Source: an uncultured Clostridia bacterium
GTDB taxonomy: Bacteria > Bacillota > Clostridia > Christensenellales > Borkfalkiaceae
Direction of reading: 5' to 3'
DNA length: 64,000 nucleotides
NCBI GenBank assembly: GCA_934271275.1
Contig: CAKQRD010000002.1
Coordinates: forward strand, 99,925-163,924
Under the pieces are notes generated by a model. The model worked only from the letters and a program-made list of their open reading frames with translations. It was not told where the DNA came from and made no database searches. Every line of letters begins with the position of its first letter. Position 1 is the stretch's first letter. A program made the translations under genes and the position numbers. This document shows, piece by piece, positions 29,716-38,247 of the stretch.

Positions 29716-29962
29716 GCACCGTCAAGTTGTTACGCTTTACCTCTCCCCGCGTTCCCGCTTTAATAAAGCGTTTCGCGATTTTCCATTCAGCGTCTACGAT
29801 ATATTATCATAATTCTTTCCTTTTGTCAAAGCATTTAACTAATCTTTTTCATATTTTTTCTCCGTTTTGCGGTTTTTGCTCCTGTCTCCCCCGTCTCGTC
29901 CTGCCGTTTACGACGATATTCGCCAAAACTTCACGTCTGCAAAGCGTCGCCACCCGCTCGCG

Positions 29963-31075
29963 CTATCTCCCGTTATCAAAGTCCGGTTCGTCGATATAAT
30001 CAATATAGTCGGTCTCGTCAAAGTCGTTAAACTTATCAAAATCGTCAATCTCCGTTATTCCGAACGAATTTTCCTCTTCGTTACCTTCGGGGCGTTTTGC
30101 CCGTCCTTCCACGATCTTACCTTTGAGCGACGCGTAAGTGTCCGAGCGAATTTTTATCGAAGCAACGGGCGCACCGTCTATAAGCTTTATCAGATACCCC
30201 TCGCTTTTATAGCCCTCTTTACTATACGAAACAACCTTTCTCTCTCCCTCGTATAGTTCGGGAAACTCGCCGTCGTCATCCGCAATGACCTCTTCTTCGG
30301 GTGCGGCGATTTTATCCGTTATCACGCTTTTTCGCACGAATTTTTCTTTCATCGGCTCGCCGTACAAAGTTATCCTTATAGTGGATTCGTTTGCCGTCGC
30401 CTTGATTATCACGGGGTTATGCGTATCGTTGATAAATCTTAAATCCGCCGACCCCGAGTTCACCATAGCGTCGAATGACGGCGCGATATAAGAAACGGGC
30501 AGGCTGTGCGAATGGTATTCGGTTATTTTTAGTCCCGAAAGCAACGCGGCGTTATAGAGCGTCGTTGAAACCTGACAGACTCCCCCGCCGACTCCGTCCA
30601 CGAATTTGCCGCCGACGATTATTTTCGCCTTTTTGTATCCGCGGGCTTCCGTCCTTGCTCCAACCGTATCGTTAAACGAAAATTCGCCGCCGACGTCTAT
30701 AAACGTATTGTCGAGAGCATTCGCCGCCACCGAAATATTGTTTTTGCGTTCAGGTGAGGAAGTAGTGTACGAGGTATAAAACTCCGCGCGTTTAACTATT
30801 TTCTGCGGGCGAAGGTCATAAAAAGGCATTTCCGCGTAAACGACCGCCGCCCCGCCCGTACTTCCCGCGCCGCCGTCACAAAAATTTTTTATCGCAAAAG
30901 ACGGAATCAAGATAAACGCCGCAAAAAACGAGCATGACAGAACGACGAGGGCGAAAATCGGCGCAGTTATCGCCGTCGAAACCGACTTCCTTCCGCGCGT
31001 TGATTTATGTTCGGCGAGTTCGGAAAACTTATTTGTTTTTTTCGTGACAGAATTGTTTTTCATTATATAAAGCAA
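29963..31075 (-). CDS. VanW-family protein (YoaR-like).
   Basis: N-terminal TM anchor; VanW core with GGGVCQVSTTLYNAALLSGL; acidic C-terminal tail. Confidence 0.78.
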   Translation of the reverse strand: MLYIMKNNSVTKKTNKFSELAEHKSTRGRKSVSTAITAPIFALVVLSCSFFAAFILIPSFAIKNFCDGGAGSTGGAAVVYAEMPFYDLRPQKIVKRAEFYTSYTTSSPERKNNISVAANALDNTFIDVGGEFSFNDTVGARTEARGYKKAKIIVGGKFVDGVGGGVCQVSTTLYNAALLSGLKITEYHSHSLPVSYIAPSFDAMVNSGSADLRFINDTHNPVIIKATANESTIRITLYGEPMKEKFVRKSVITDKIAAPEEEVIADDDGEFPELYEGERKVVSYSKEGYKSEGYLIKLIDGAPVASIKIRSDTYASLKGKIVEGRAKRPEGNEEENSFGITEIDDFDKFNDFDETDYIDYIDEPDFDNGR

Positions 31076-31231
31076 GTATGCGTATTTTTATCGGAAAAAA
31101 TTCTTAATCGGATATGCAAAAAGCTTTTTCGCCGAAAACTTTGCCGCGGCTGAAAATAAGTTTTACGAGAAGCGTTAAAAATACTTGCAAAACTCCTCCC
31201 GATATGATAGAATAAGAAAAGTATTCGGGAT

Positions 31232-31308
31232 GGAGACGTAGCTCAGTCGGTTAGAGCGCTCGCTTCACATGCGAGAGGTCCAGGGTTCGAGTCCCTGCGC
31301 CTCCACCA
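31232..31308 (+). tRNA. tRNA-Val(CAC).
   Basis: GGAGACG-TA-GCTC-AGTCGGTTA-GAGC-G-CTCGC-TTCACAT-GCGAG-AGGTC-CAGGG-TTCGAGT-CCCTG-CGCCTCC-A-CCA. There is one A-C mismatch at positions 5-68 in the acceptor stem. Confidence 0.7.
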
Positions 31309-31349
31309 CTTCTTATGAACGCGGCTTATGCGGCGCATCGTAACCTTTG

Positions 31350-31426
<77 letters not shown>

Positions 31427-31480
31427 AAGCGTATCGGTCGAAAGGCTTTGCCCTTTCGACCGATATAATTAAAACGATAA

Positions 31481-31599
31481 ATTTTTATATTTTTTGCTTC
31501 CATAGTTAAATGGATATGTCGCAATGCGCGACGGCGTTCGCAAGCTTTGCTTGCTCGGCTAAACGGAACCGTTACATCCATTTAACAAAACAAGTTTCG
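31481..31599 (+). ncRNA. Partial duplication of the tRNA-Arg promoter and 5' part (first 22 nt, GCTTCCATAGTTAAATGGATAT) fused to a roughly 70-nt cluster of three hairpins closed by an 11-bp stem, giving a cloverleaf-like fold.
   Basis: 31481-31517 is near-identical to 31600-31637. The closing stem pairs GTTAAATGGAT with ATCCATTTAAC. Internal hairpins are gtcgc-aatgc-gcgac, gcaagc-ttt-gcttgc and aacgg-aa-ccgtt. Confidence 0.45.
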
Positions 31600-31615
31600 A
31601 CTTTTTATATTTTTC

Positions 31616-31690
31616 GCTTCCATAGTTAAATGGATATAACGGCCCCCTCCTAAGGGGCAGTTGTGGGTTCGATTCCCGCTGGGAGTACCA
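31616..31690 (+). tRNA. tRNA-Arg(CCT).
   Basis: GCTTCCA-TA-GTTA-AATGGATA-TAAC-G-GCCCC-CTCCTAA-GGGGC-AGTT-GTGGG-TTCGATT-CCCGC-TGGGAGT-A-CCA. Confidence 0.78.
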
Positions 31691-31736
31691 AAGCACAACT
31701 TTGCACCTTGCGTGCGGAGTTGTGCTTTTATATTTT
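31691..31736 (+). terminator. Rho-independent terminator after the tRNA cluster.
   Basis: aagcacaact-ttgcaccttgcgtgcgg-agttgtgctt followed by a T-rich tract. Confidence 0.5.
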
Positions 31737-31984
31737 CGGCGACTCGAAATTTGTCTTGTCATCGTTTTTTACACTTTTCGATTTATTTAATTACGACCAC
31801 TCCTCTTCCCCGCTGCAAAAAATACTTTCCGCAATATTCAAAAAACATTCGGATACTTTACAAGTCAAAACTATTCCGTGTATAAATCTTCGAGTTTCGG
31901 GTATCATTACTTTACCCCCGTAACCACTGACAAGCTTATTTACATAAACTGATAACGGGAATTACTTGAAACGTCGGAGATATT

Positions 31985-32353
31985 ATGATTAAAAGAGGCG
32001 AATTATATTATGCGGACCTCAGTCCCGTAGTAGGAAGCGAACAAGGCGGAGTAAGACCCATTCTCATCGTTCAGAACGATACGGGTAACAAATACAGCCC
32101 GACGATTATTGCCGCGGCGGTTACAAGCCGTCTTACAAAAGCCAAACTTCCGACTCATATAGAAATCAACGCAAACGATTTCGGGCTGAACAAGGATTCC
32201 GTAATTCTGCTCGAACAAATCCGAACGCTCGATAAACGAAGGCTGAAAGAACGCATAGGCGAACTTTCCCCCGTTACTATGCGAAAAGTGAACGCGGCTC
32301 TTCTCGTAAGCCTCGGATTTACGCAGACAAACGGACATAGTGTAACCGTATAA
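31985..32353 (+). CDS. mazF: MazF/EndoA (PemK-family) endoribonuclease toxin, with no adjacent antitoxin gene.
   Basis: Near-colinear with B. subtilis EndoA: [44 protein letters not shown]...KLPTHIEI...[16 protein letters not shown]. Confidence 0.85.
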   Translation: MIKRGELYYADLSPVVGSEQGGVRPILIVQNDTGNKYSPTIIAAAVTSRLTKAKLPTHIEINANDFGLNKDSVILLEQIRTLDKRRLKERIGELSPVTMRKVNAALLVSLGFTQTNGHSVTV

Positions 32354-32372
32354 CTTTTATTTTTAAGACTCA

Positions 32373-32406
32373 AAGCCCGCGGCGCGAAAATTCGCGCCGC
32401 GGGCTT
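32373..32406. terminator. GC-rich hairpin between the convergent mazF and MATE genes; likely a bidirectional terminator.
   Basis: aagcccgcggcgcg-aaaa-ttcgcgccgcgggctt. Confidence 0.45.
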
Positions 32407-32473
32407 CCCGTATTTCCCTTATACTCCGTATTCCTTTATCTAATAAATCTCTTTATCTGATAATTCCATTTCA

Positions 32474-33805
32474 TCAATAATATCCGTACTTTTTATGCTT
32501 TGCGACGAGGAAAGTAATCGACAACGCGAACGCGCAGACCTCCGCCACGGTTATCGCCAGCCAGATGCCGCCTTTTCCCATAATCATCGGCAGGAATATA
32601 ACCGCCGCCGCCTGAAACACGAGCGTTCTCAAAAACGATATTATCGCGGAAATCGCGCCGTTGTTCAGCGCGGTGAAAAATCCCGAAGAAAATATATTGA
32701 ACCCCGACAACAAAAACGCAAACGAAAACAATCTGAAAGCTTTTACGGTAAGAGTTAAAAGTTCTTGGTCGTAGCCGACGAAAAGTTTGGCAAACGGCAC
32801 GGCGAGCGCCTGCGCAAGTCCGGAAAGCACCACTCCCGATACAGCCATACATATCACGCTTTTTCTGAACACGTTTTTAAGCTCTTCCCGATTGTCCGCG
32901 CCGTAGTTATACGAAACGATTGCCGCGCTGCCTATGGTATAGCCTATCGAAATCGCCACGAACACGAACTGAACGTACATCAAAACGCCGTACGCGGAAA
33001 CGCCGTTTGCCCCGAACAGCCGCAAAAGCCGATAGTTATACAACAGCCCTATAAGCGACGAGGCGATGTTGCTCATAAATTCCGAAGAACCGTTCGAGCA
33101 AGCCGCGAGTATCGGCTTTATTTCGAGCTTGGTTTTGGTTATCCTTAAAAGGCTGTCGTTTTTTCTCAAAAAGTACACGAGCGGAATAACGCCGCCGACC
33201 GTCTGCCCTATACCCGTCGCGACCGCCGCGCCCGCAAGCCCCCATCTGAACCCCGCGATAAAAACGGCGTCTAAAATTATGTTCGTCACCCCCGCGGCTA
33301 TCGTGACGTACAGCCCGAGCTTGGGTTTTTCCGCCGTAACGAGAAAGCTCTGGAACAGATTTTGGAGCATAAACGTAGTCGTGAAGGCTATTACGATAGA
33401 ACCGTACAGCACGCAATCGTCAAGCATCTCTTCTCCCGCGCCGAGAGCTTTTGCAACCGGTCTTACGAGCAACAAGCCTGCGGCGGTGAGAAAAACGCCT
33501 ACGATAAGCGTTAAATATATCATCATCGTAAAAACCTCGTTCGCCCGCTCGCGATCGCCCGAACCGAGTATTTTGGCAACGAGCGCGCTGCCGCCCGTGC
33601 CTATCATAAAGCCCGTCCCGCCAAGAATCATTATGAGCGGAAACACGAAATTGAGCGCGGCGAAAGCCGTTTTGCCCGCCACGTTCGACACGAAAAACCC
33701 GTCCACTACGCCGTATATGGATGTGAAAATCATCATTATTATAGACGGAAACACGAATTTGAAAAGCTTTCGGTATGTAAAATGGTCGGATAATTTAATT
33801 CTCAT
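32474..33805 (-). CDS. MATE-family efflux transporter.
   Basis: 443 aa; 12 predicted TM helices; an N-terminal region typical of MATE. Confidence 0.82.
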   Translation of the reverse strand: MRIKLSDHFTYRKLFKFVFPSIIMMIFTSIYGVVDGFFVSNVAGKTAFAALNFVFPLIMILGGTGFMIGTGGSALVAKILGSGDRERANEVFTMMIYLTLIVGVFLTAAGLLLVRPVAKALGAGEEMLDDCVLYGSIVIAFTTTFMLQNLFQSFLVTAEKPKLGLYVTIAAGVTNIILDAVFIAGFRWGLAGAAVATGIGQTVGGVIPLVYFLRKNDSLLRITKTKLEIKPILAACSNGSSEFMSNIASSLIGLLYNYRLLRLFGANGVSAYGVLMYVQFVFVAISIGYTIGSAAIVSYNYGADNREELKNVFRKSVICMAVSGVVLSGLAQALAVPFAKLFVGYDQELLTLTVKAFRLFSFAFLLSGFNIFSSGFFTALNNGAISAIISFLRTLVFQAAAVIFLPMIMGKGGIWLAITVAEVCAFALSITFLVAKHKKYGYY

Positions 33806-33962
33806 AATCTCTTTCTATGCCCTTTCTCTCTGTTTTAATCGTTCTCTTTCGGTTATTTATCTATTCTTTATTTATTCTATATTTGTCGCGTAGCTTTTAA
33901 AACTTATTAAGGGCGTTCGCTTTCACACGAACGCCCGCCTTTTAATCTTTTAATAAGCGATG

Positions 33963-34580
33963 CTAATCTTTAACGTAAGAAGTTATGTATTGCGCGATAC
34001 ATTTTGCGATTTCTTTTATGTTCGCGCCCGAAGTATTTACGCAAAGATTGTACGTCCGCTTATCTCCCCACACCGTGGAAGAATACATGTCGTGCGTCTG
34101 TTTCCTCACTTTATCGAGTTTTTTTATTCGCCTTACGAGCTGTTTGTCCGTAAGGTTTTTCTCGGTTTCGCCCGCGCGCGCTCTGCATCTCGCGAGCTTG
34201 GATTCCGTGTCGGCATACACGAAAATTTTGAACGGATTATATTCCGCAAGCACCGAATCCGCACTTCTGCCGACGATGACGCAATCGCCGTGTTCGGGCA
34301 GTTTTTTGATAATATCCTGCTGACTTGCGAGTATCTCGAAATAATGGGTATTTACGGGCGCGATATACCCGAACGAACGCGAAAACGTAATGGGATAAAC
34401 CGCCGCGCCTACGCCGTTTTCCAAAGTTCTTTCTATATAATTCTCGTCAAGCGAGGTGTCTTTCGCGATTTTTTCTATGATCTCTCTGTCGTAGTAGCGG
34501 AAATTCAGCTCGTCGGCAAGTCTTTTGCCCAGTTCTCTCCCGCCGCTGCCGAACTCTCTGCTTATCGTTATTATTTTCAT
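33963..34580 (-). CDS. Cytidylate-kinase-like family P-loop protein.
   Basis: MKIITISREFGSGGRELGKRLADEL is the signature N-terminus of this family. Confidence 0.65.
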   Translation of the reverse strand: MKIITISREFGSGGRELGKRLADELNFRYYDREIIEKIAKDTSLDENYIERTLENGVGAAVYPITFSRSFGYIAPVNTHYFEILASQQDIIKKLPEHGDCVIVGRSADSVLAEYNPFKIFVYADTESKLARCRARAGETEKNLTDKQLVRRIKKLDKVRKQTHDMYSSTVWGDKRTYNLCVNTSGANIKEIAKCIAQYITSYVKD

Positions 34581-34605
34581 GTTTTCTTCTCCTATTTTTC
34601 CTTTA

Positions 34606-35805
34606 TTATTTACGGTCGTTTCGCCCGCTTTTTTCTTTATAATCTTTATTTACGTTTTTATCGTTATTTTCGTTGTTTCCGTTTCTTTCGTCGTTCGCGG
34701 TTAAGCCCGTCTCGTAAAGTCTTTTCGCAAGCCGCTCGGCGCGGGAAAAGTCCTTCATCGCCGCCTTGAAAAAGCTTGCCATCTCCTTTTCTGTACAGTT
34801 ACGCCGCAAAAGTTCGGCGTTAAGAAGATATTTGAGAGTAGCCGAAGAAGGCAACTTCCTCTCCTCGCCGTTTTGCACCGTTCCCGCCGAATCGTCGCCG
34901 CCAGACAAAAACTCATTTTTAAGCTCGGATTTCGCAAGCTTTATCGCATTTTCGCCGTCTTTTTCTATCAGTTCGTCTATACCTCCGAGAGTGTTTATCC
35001 CGAGGTATTTGAGCTGAACGAGATACGGATCGGAAGGCGATTCGGTAACGCCCGCAAGCCCGCATGCCGCCGCGAGTCTTTCGGTAAACGCGCGCATAGC
35101 CGCGTTCTGCTTCATATAGATGGCAAGGGTGGTCAAATCCGCTTCCATATCGCCCGCCGTGCCGTTGCCTATTTTTTCCTCTATTTCTTCGCCGTAACGC
35201 TTAACGCCGTCGCGGATTTCGCAGAACATTTTATCAGCGATTTCCAGAAGTCCCGCCACGCGCGAAAATTCTCTTACCACGTTTTTAGGCGTGCCGAACG
35301 CGCTTTTATAACCCATATCGTGCTGCATTTCCGCCCAGGCATGTTGCAGGAGGGAGCGTATTTGCAGCTCGAAACGTATTTCGCAAAGCTCGTTTTCGTA
35401 CCCGGCGTTTTTCGGGAGCGAAAAGACGAAATGCAACGAAAGATACCCGAACGCATCGGGACTCAAAACCGCGCGTTTATCCACCGAATTTTCTTCGTCC
35501 ACGACGAAAAGTTTGCTCGCCTCCGCCGCGAATTTATCCACGTCGTCGGAGAAAAAGCAGATAACGCGCGCGCCGTAAACGTCCGTAATATCGGTAAGCG
35601 TGCGATATTTATCGCCCTTTCTCGTCAGTTTGCCTTTAAGGCTCTCCTCCGATTTTACTCGCCCTTCGATTGCCATAACGCGCACGCCGGTATTACTTGC
35701 GACTTCGCCGAGAAGTTTTTCGACTATTTCGCCGAGCCGTTCGTACCTCGCCCTTTTTTCGCGATATTCTTTTATTATTTTTTCGGAAACGTCCATAATT
35801 TTCAA
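34606..35805 (-). CDS. RelA/SpoT-family (p)ppGpp synthetase domain protein (SAS-like N-domain plus an uncharacterised C-terminal domain of about 190 aa).
   Basis: Nucleotidyltransferase block ...AIEGRVKSEESLKGKL...DITDVYGARVICFFSDDVDKF...LQIRSLLQHAWAEMQHD. Confidence 0.68.
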   Translation of the reverse strand: MKIMDVSEKIIKEYREKRARYERLGEIVEKLLGEVASNTGVRVMAIEGRVKSEESLKGKLTRKGDKYRTLTDITDVYGARVICFFSDDVDKFAAEASKLFVVDEENSVDKRAVLSPDAFGYLSLHFVFSLPKNAGYENELCEIRFELQIRSLLQHAWAEMQHDMGYKSAFGTPKNVVREFSRVAGLLEIADKMFCEIRDGVKRYGEEIEEKIGNGTAGDMEADLTTLAIYMKQNAAMRAFTERLAAACGLAGVTESPSDPYLVQLKYLGINTLGGIDELIEKDGENAIKLAKSELKNEFLSGGDDSAGTVQNGEERKLPSSATLKYLLNAELLRRNCTEKEMASFFKAAMKDFSRAERLAKRLYETGLTANDERNGNNENNDKNVNKDYKEKSGRNDRK

Positions 35806-36329
35806 GCCTTTCCGCCGAGAGATTTTTTAAGCTCCTCTATCGCGGCGGGAATTTCGGGATTAAAATCCGAATAATATTTCAGACTTTCTTCTATATATCT
35901 TTTGCGAAAGCTTTCGTCGCAGAAAAACGCGCTCTTTAAGTTATGCAATCTGTCCGCGCCTTTAACCGCAAACGCAACGGGGTTTTTGCGGATATTGCGG
36001 ACGTATTCGTCCATAGAAAGTCCCTCGCGTTTTGTTAAAAGCTTTACCGCTTCCAACACGGTTTCGCCGCCCAAAGCCGCTATTTCCGCTTCGGCAGCGT
36101 TCGTATCCTCCAAGAGGTCGTGAAAGAGGGCGGTAAGAACGTATACCTCGCCGTAACCTTTTTCTTTCAAATACTGTGCGACCGCTATCGGGTGCGTTAT
36201 ATAAGGCTCGCCGCCCGCACGGAATTGCCCCGCGTGTTTTTTTGCGGCATATTCCTTTGCCGCGGCATAACGCTCTCTTTCGTCGTTAGATTTCTGCATA
36301 AAACTACCGTGAACCATTGTTCTTAACAT
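35802..36329 (-). CDS. HD-domain small alarmone hydrolase-like protein (SpoT/Mesh1-type HD).
   Basis: YITHPIAVA...HDLLEDT motifs of the Rel/SpoT hydrolase domain. It overlaps the synthetase gene by 4 nt. Confidence 0.62.
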   Translation of the reverse strand: MLRTMVHGSFMQKSNDERERYAAAKEYAAKKHAGQFRAGGEPYITHPIAVAQYLKEKGYGEVYVLTALFHDLLEDTNAAEAEIAALGGETVLEAVKLLTKREGLSMDEYVRNIRKNPVAFAVKGADRLHNLKSAFFCDESFRKRYIEESLKYYSDFNPEIPAAIEELKKSLGGKA

Positions 36330-36477
36330 ATTCTACCACATAAAAAATAAAGTTGCAACCCCATACGGACAACGAAAAAGGATAAAACGTAAAAAAAATT
36401 AAAGTTTTTTGAAAATACGGCGCGTAAACGCTTGTAAAAAGAAAAACTATTTGATAGAATATATCCGTTAAATATTT

Positions 36478-36553
36478 AGGGGTATCGCCAAGCGGTAAGG
36501 CAACGGACTCTGACTCCGTCACTTCGGTGGTTCGAATCCATCTACCCCTGCCA
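36478..36553 (+). tRNA. tRNA-Gln(CTG).
   Basis: AGGGGTATCGCCAAGCGGTAAGGCAACGGACTCTGACTCCGT...GGTTCGAATCC...TACCCCTGCCA. Near-colinear with E. coli tRNA-Gln(CUG). Confidence 0.8.
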
Positions 36554-36556
36554 CTG

Positions 36557-36594
36557 AAATCGTAGATTTTATCTACGATTTCTTTGTTTTTTTT
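36557..36594 (+). terminator. Rho-independent terminator after tRNA-Gln.
   Basis: aaatcgtagat-ttt-atctacgattt followed by T8. Confidence 0.55.
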
Positions 36595-36829
36595 CGACAT
36601 ATTTTCTTAAATCGAAAATCATTGAAAAAATAGCGTTTTTAGGGGGTATTGGGAAGTTTTTGGGAAGTAAAACCGATTTATAAATTATATTTTACCTTTT
36701 CCGCTTAGTCCTGCGTAGCGATTATCGCGAAGCAGTAAGGTTATTATCCTTTACAACTCAAACGACAGAGAAACTAAACGCTTAACTAAAAAACAATTAA
36801 AAGAAATAGAGAGTTGTAAAAATCTATAA

Positions 36830-36876
36830 GAGATAAAAGAAAACTCGTCTGAACTTAAAGAGTTCAAACGAGTTTC
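36830..36876 (-). terminator. Rho-independent terminator of the ATPase-DUF2971 operon.
   Basis: aaactcgtctgaact-taaag-agttcaaacgagttt with a T-run on the minus strand. Confidence 0.5.
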
Positions 36877-37047
36877 ACTTGGCAAGCCCGCTCAAAACAG
36901 ATACATTTTCTATTTTGAAAGACAGATTTGAACTCATGTACATACTTAATGAAACGATCCGTAATACACAAATTTCCGCTCACATATTCTTTATTTTTAG
37001 TATCATACAAGAAGATTTTTTGCAAGCGTTTTGAAAGAACAAGATAC

Positions 37048-38172
37048 TTATGTACTATATTCTTCATATAAATGCCCCGTTCCGATTCGTGTTCTTTTTC
37101 TGATTGTAATGCTCCAATTTTTTTCTTTTGCCAAATTTAATAATTTAATTCCGTTTTCCGAGTTCATTATTCTTTCATCTAAAATAAGACCAGACACAAT
37201 ATCCGCAAATATTTTATTTTTCTCATCAAGATTAAAAAGAAAAACTCGCCATTCTTTTTCTTCTTTCCAGCGACTCAGCTTTGTAACCATGCAGGTTAAT
37301 GTTTGCATATTCGCTCTTTTTAGTAGTTCATCATCTTTTTTGCCACCCAAAAAATATTGCAACATATCAGAAAAAGAGTATTCATCGAAGTTATCTTTAT
37401 ACACGACCTTATACAGGCTAATTAACAATTTTTTTTTGTCAAATGGTAAGTCTTTTACTTTATTATAATCGTATTCAATACAAAACCCCTTATTACTGTT
37501 TGCATAATAGGCCCACATTGTATCCGAATCATAAGCTTCCGACATAGAGAAAATGTAAATATCTTTCCTGCTCTCATTATTAAAATTTATCAATGCACTC
37601 AGTGGCTTTTTTAAGTTTTCGGCGTTATTTCTAATCTCATTTTCCACCATTTCCAAAATCTTATTAATATAATTTTCTGAAGTTCGCCTATCGATGCCAA
37701 TTTGAGAAAAAACATTTAACGCCTTCTCTCTATCAAGCTCGTAACTTTCATAGTTAACACAACCCATCAACATTTGATATGCTTCTTTATCATAAGGACT
37801 CAAAAAAATCTGTCGTTGTTTGAAACTTTCTCTCACCCATGCTTCAAGATAAAGCCACGGCTTTTTCAGAAAAAGTTCCATTTGTTTATTTACATCTTTT
37901 TCCAAATCAAAATTTAATGTTGAATCAAAATCGTCATTTAAAGTATTTGCTCTTGCCATATATAAATAACCATTTTTTAAGCCATCATAGGCATAGTCAA
38001 ACGATTTGCCTTCGATAGAACGATATTTATATAATTTCCCATTATTCGGCAAAAAATCTATTATTCTCGTTATAATGTCATCTACGTTACTTTCGGACAA
38101 GTTTTCTAATGTAGTCGTGCCAAACATTAAATCCAAATGTTCTTGATATAATTGTTCTTTATTCATAAGCAA
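37048..38172 (-). CDS. DUF2971-family protein (second gene of the candidate defense cassette).
   Basis: Core block IYIFSMSEAYDSDTMWAYYANSNKGFCIEYDYNK matches the DUF2971 signature (F-S-hS...MW.YA...KG.Ch.a). 374 aa, about 30% GC. Confidence 0.6.
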   Translation of the reverse strand: MLMNKEQLYQEHLDLMFGTTTLENLSESNVDDIITRIIDFLPNNGKLYKYRSIEGKSFDYAYDGLKNGYLYMARANTLNDDFDSTLNFDLEKDVNKQMELFLKKPWLYLEAWVRESFKQRQIFLSPYDKEAYQMLMGCVNYESYELDREKALNVFSQIGIDRRTSENYINKILEMVENEIRNNAENLKKPLSALINFNNESRKDIYIFSMSEAYDSDTMWAYYANSNKGFCIEYDYNKVKDLPFDKKKLLISLYKVVYKDNFDEYSFSDMLQYFLGGKKDDELLKRANMQTLTCMVTKLSRWKEEKEWRVFLFNLDEKNKIFADIVSGLILDERIMNSENGIKLLNLAKEKNWSITIRKRTRIGTGHLYEEYST

Positions 38173-38247
38173 TTCTCTAAATCAAACAATATTTTCTTTA
38201 TATGTTAGTTAAAAGAGATTTAATTGTTTATTCTTAACGAAAATATT

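Noticed and set aside
36304-36600. 98-aa minus-strand ORF spanning tRNA-Gln.
   Set aside because: It overlaps the tRNA gene and its terminator, so it is spurious.
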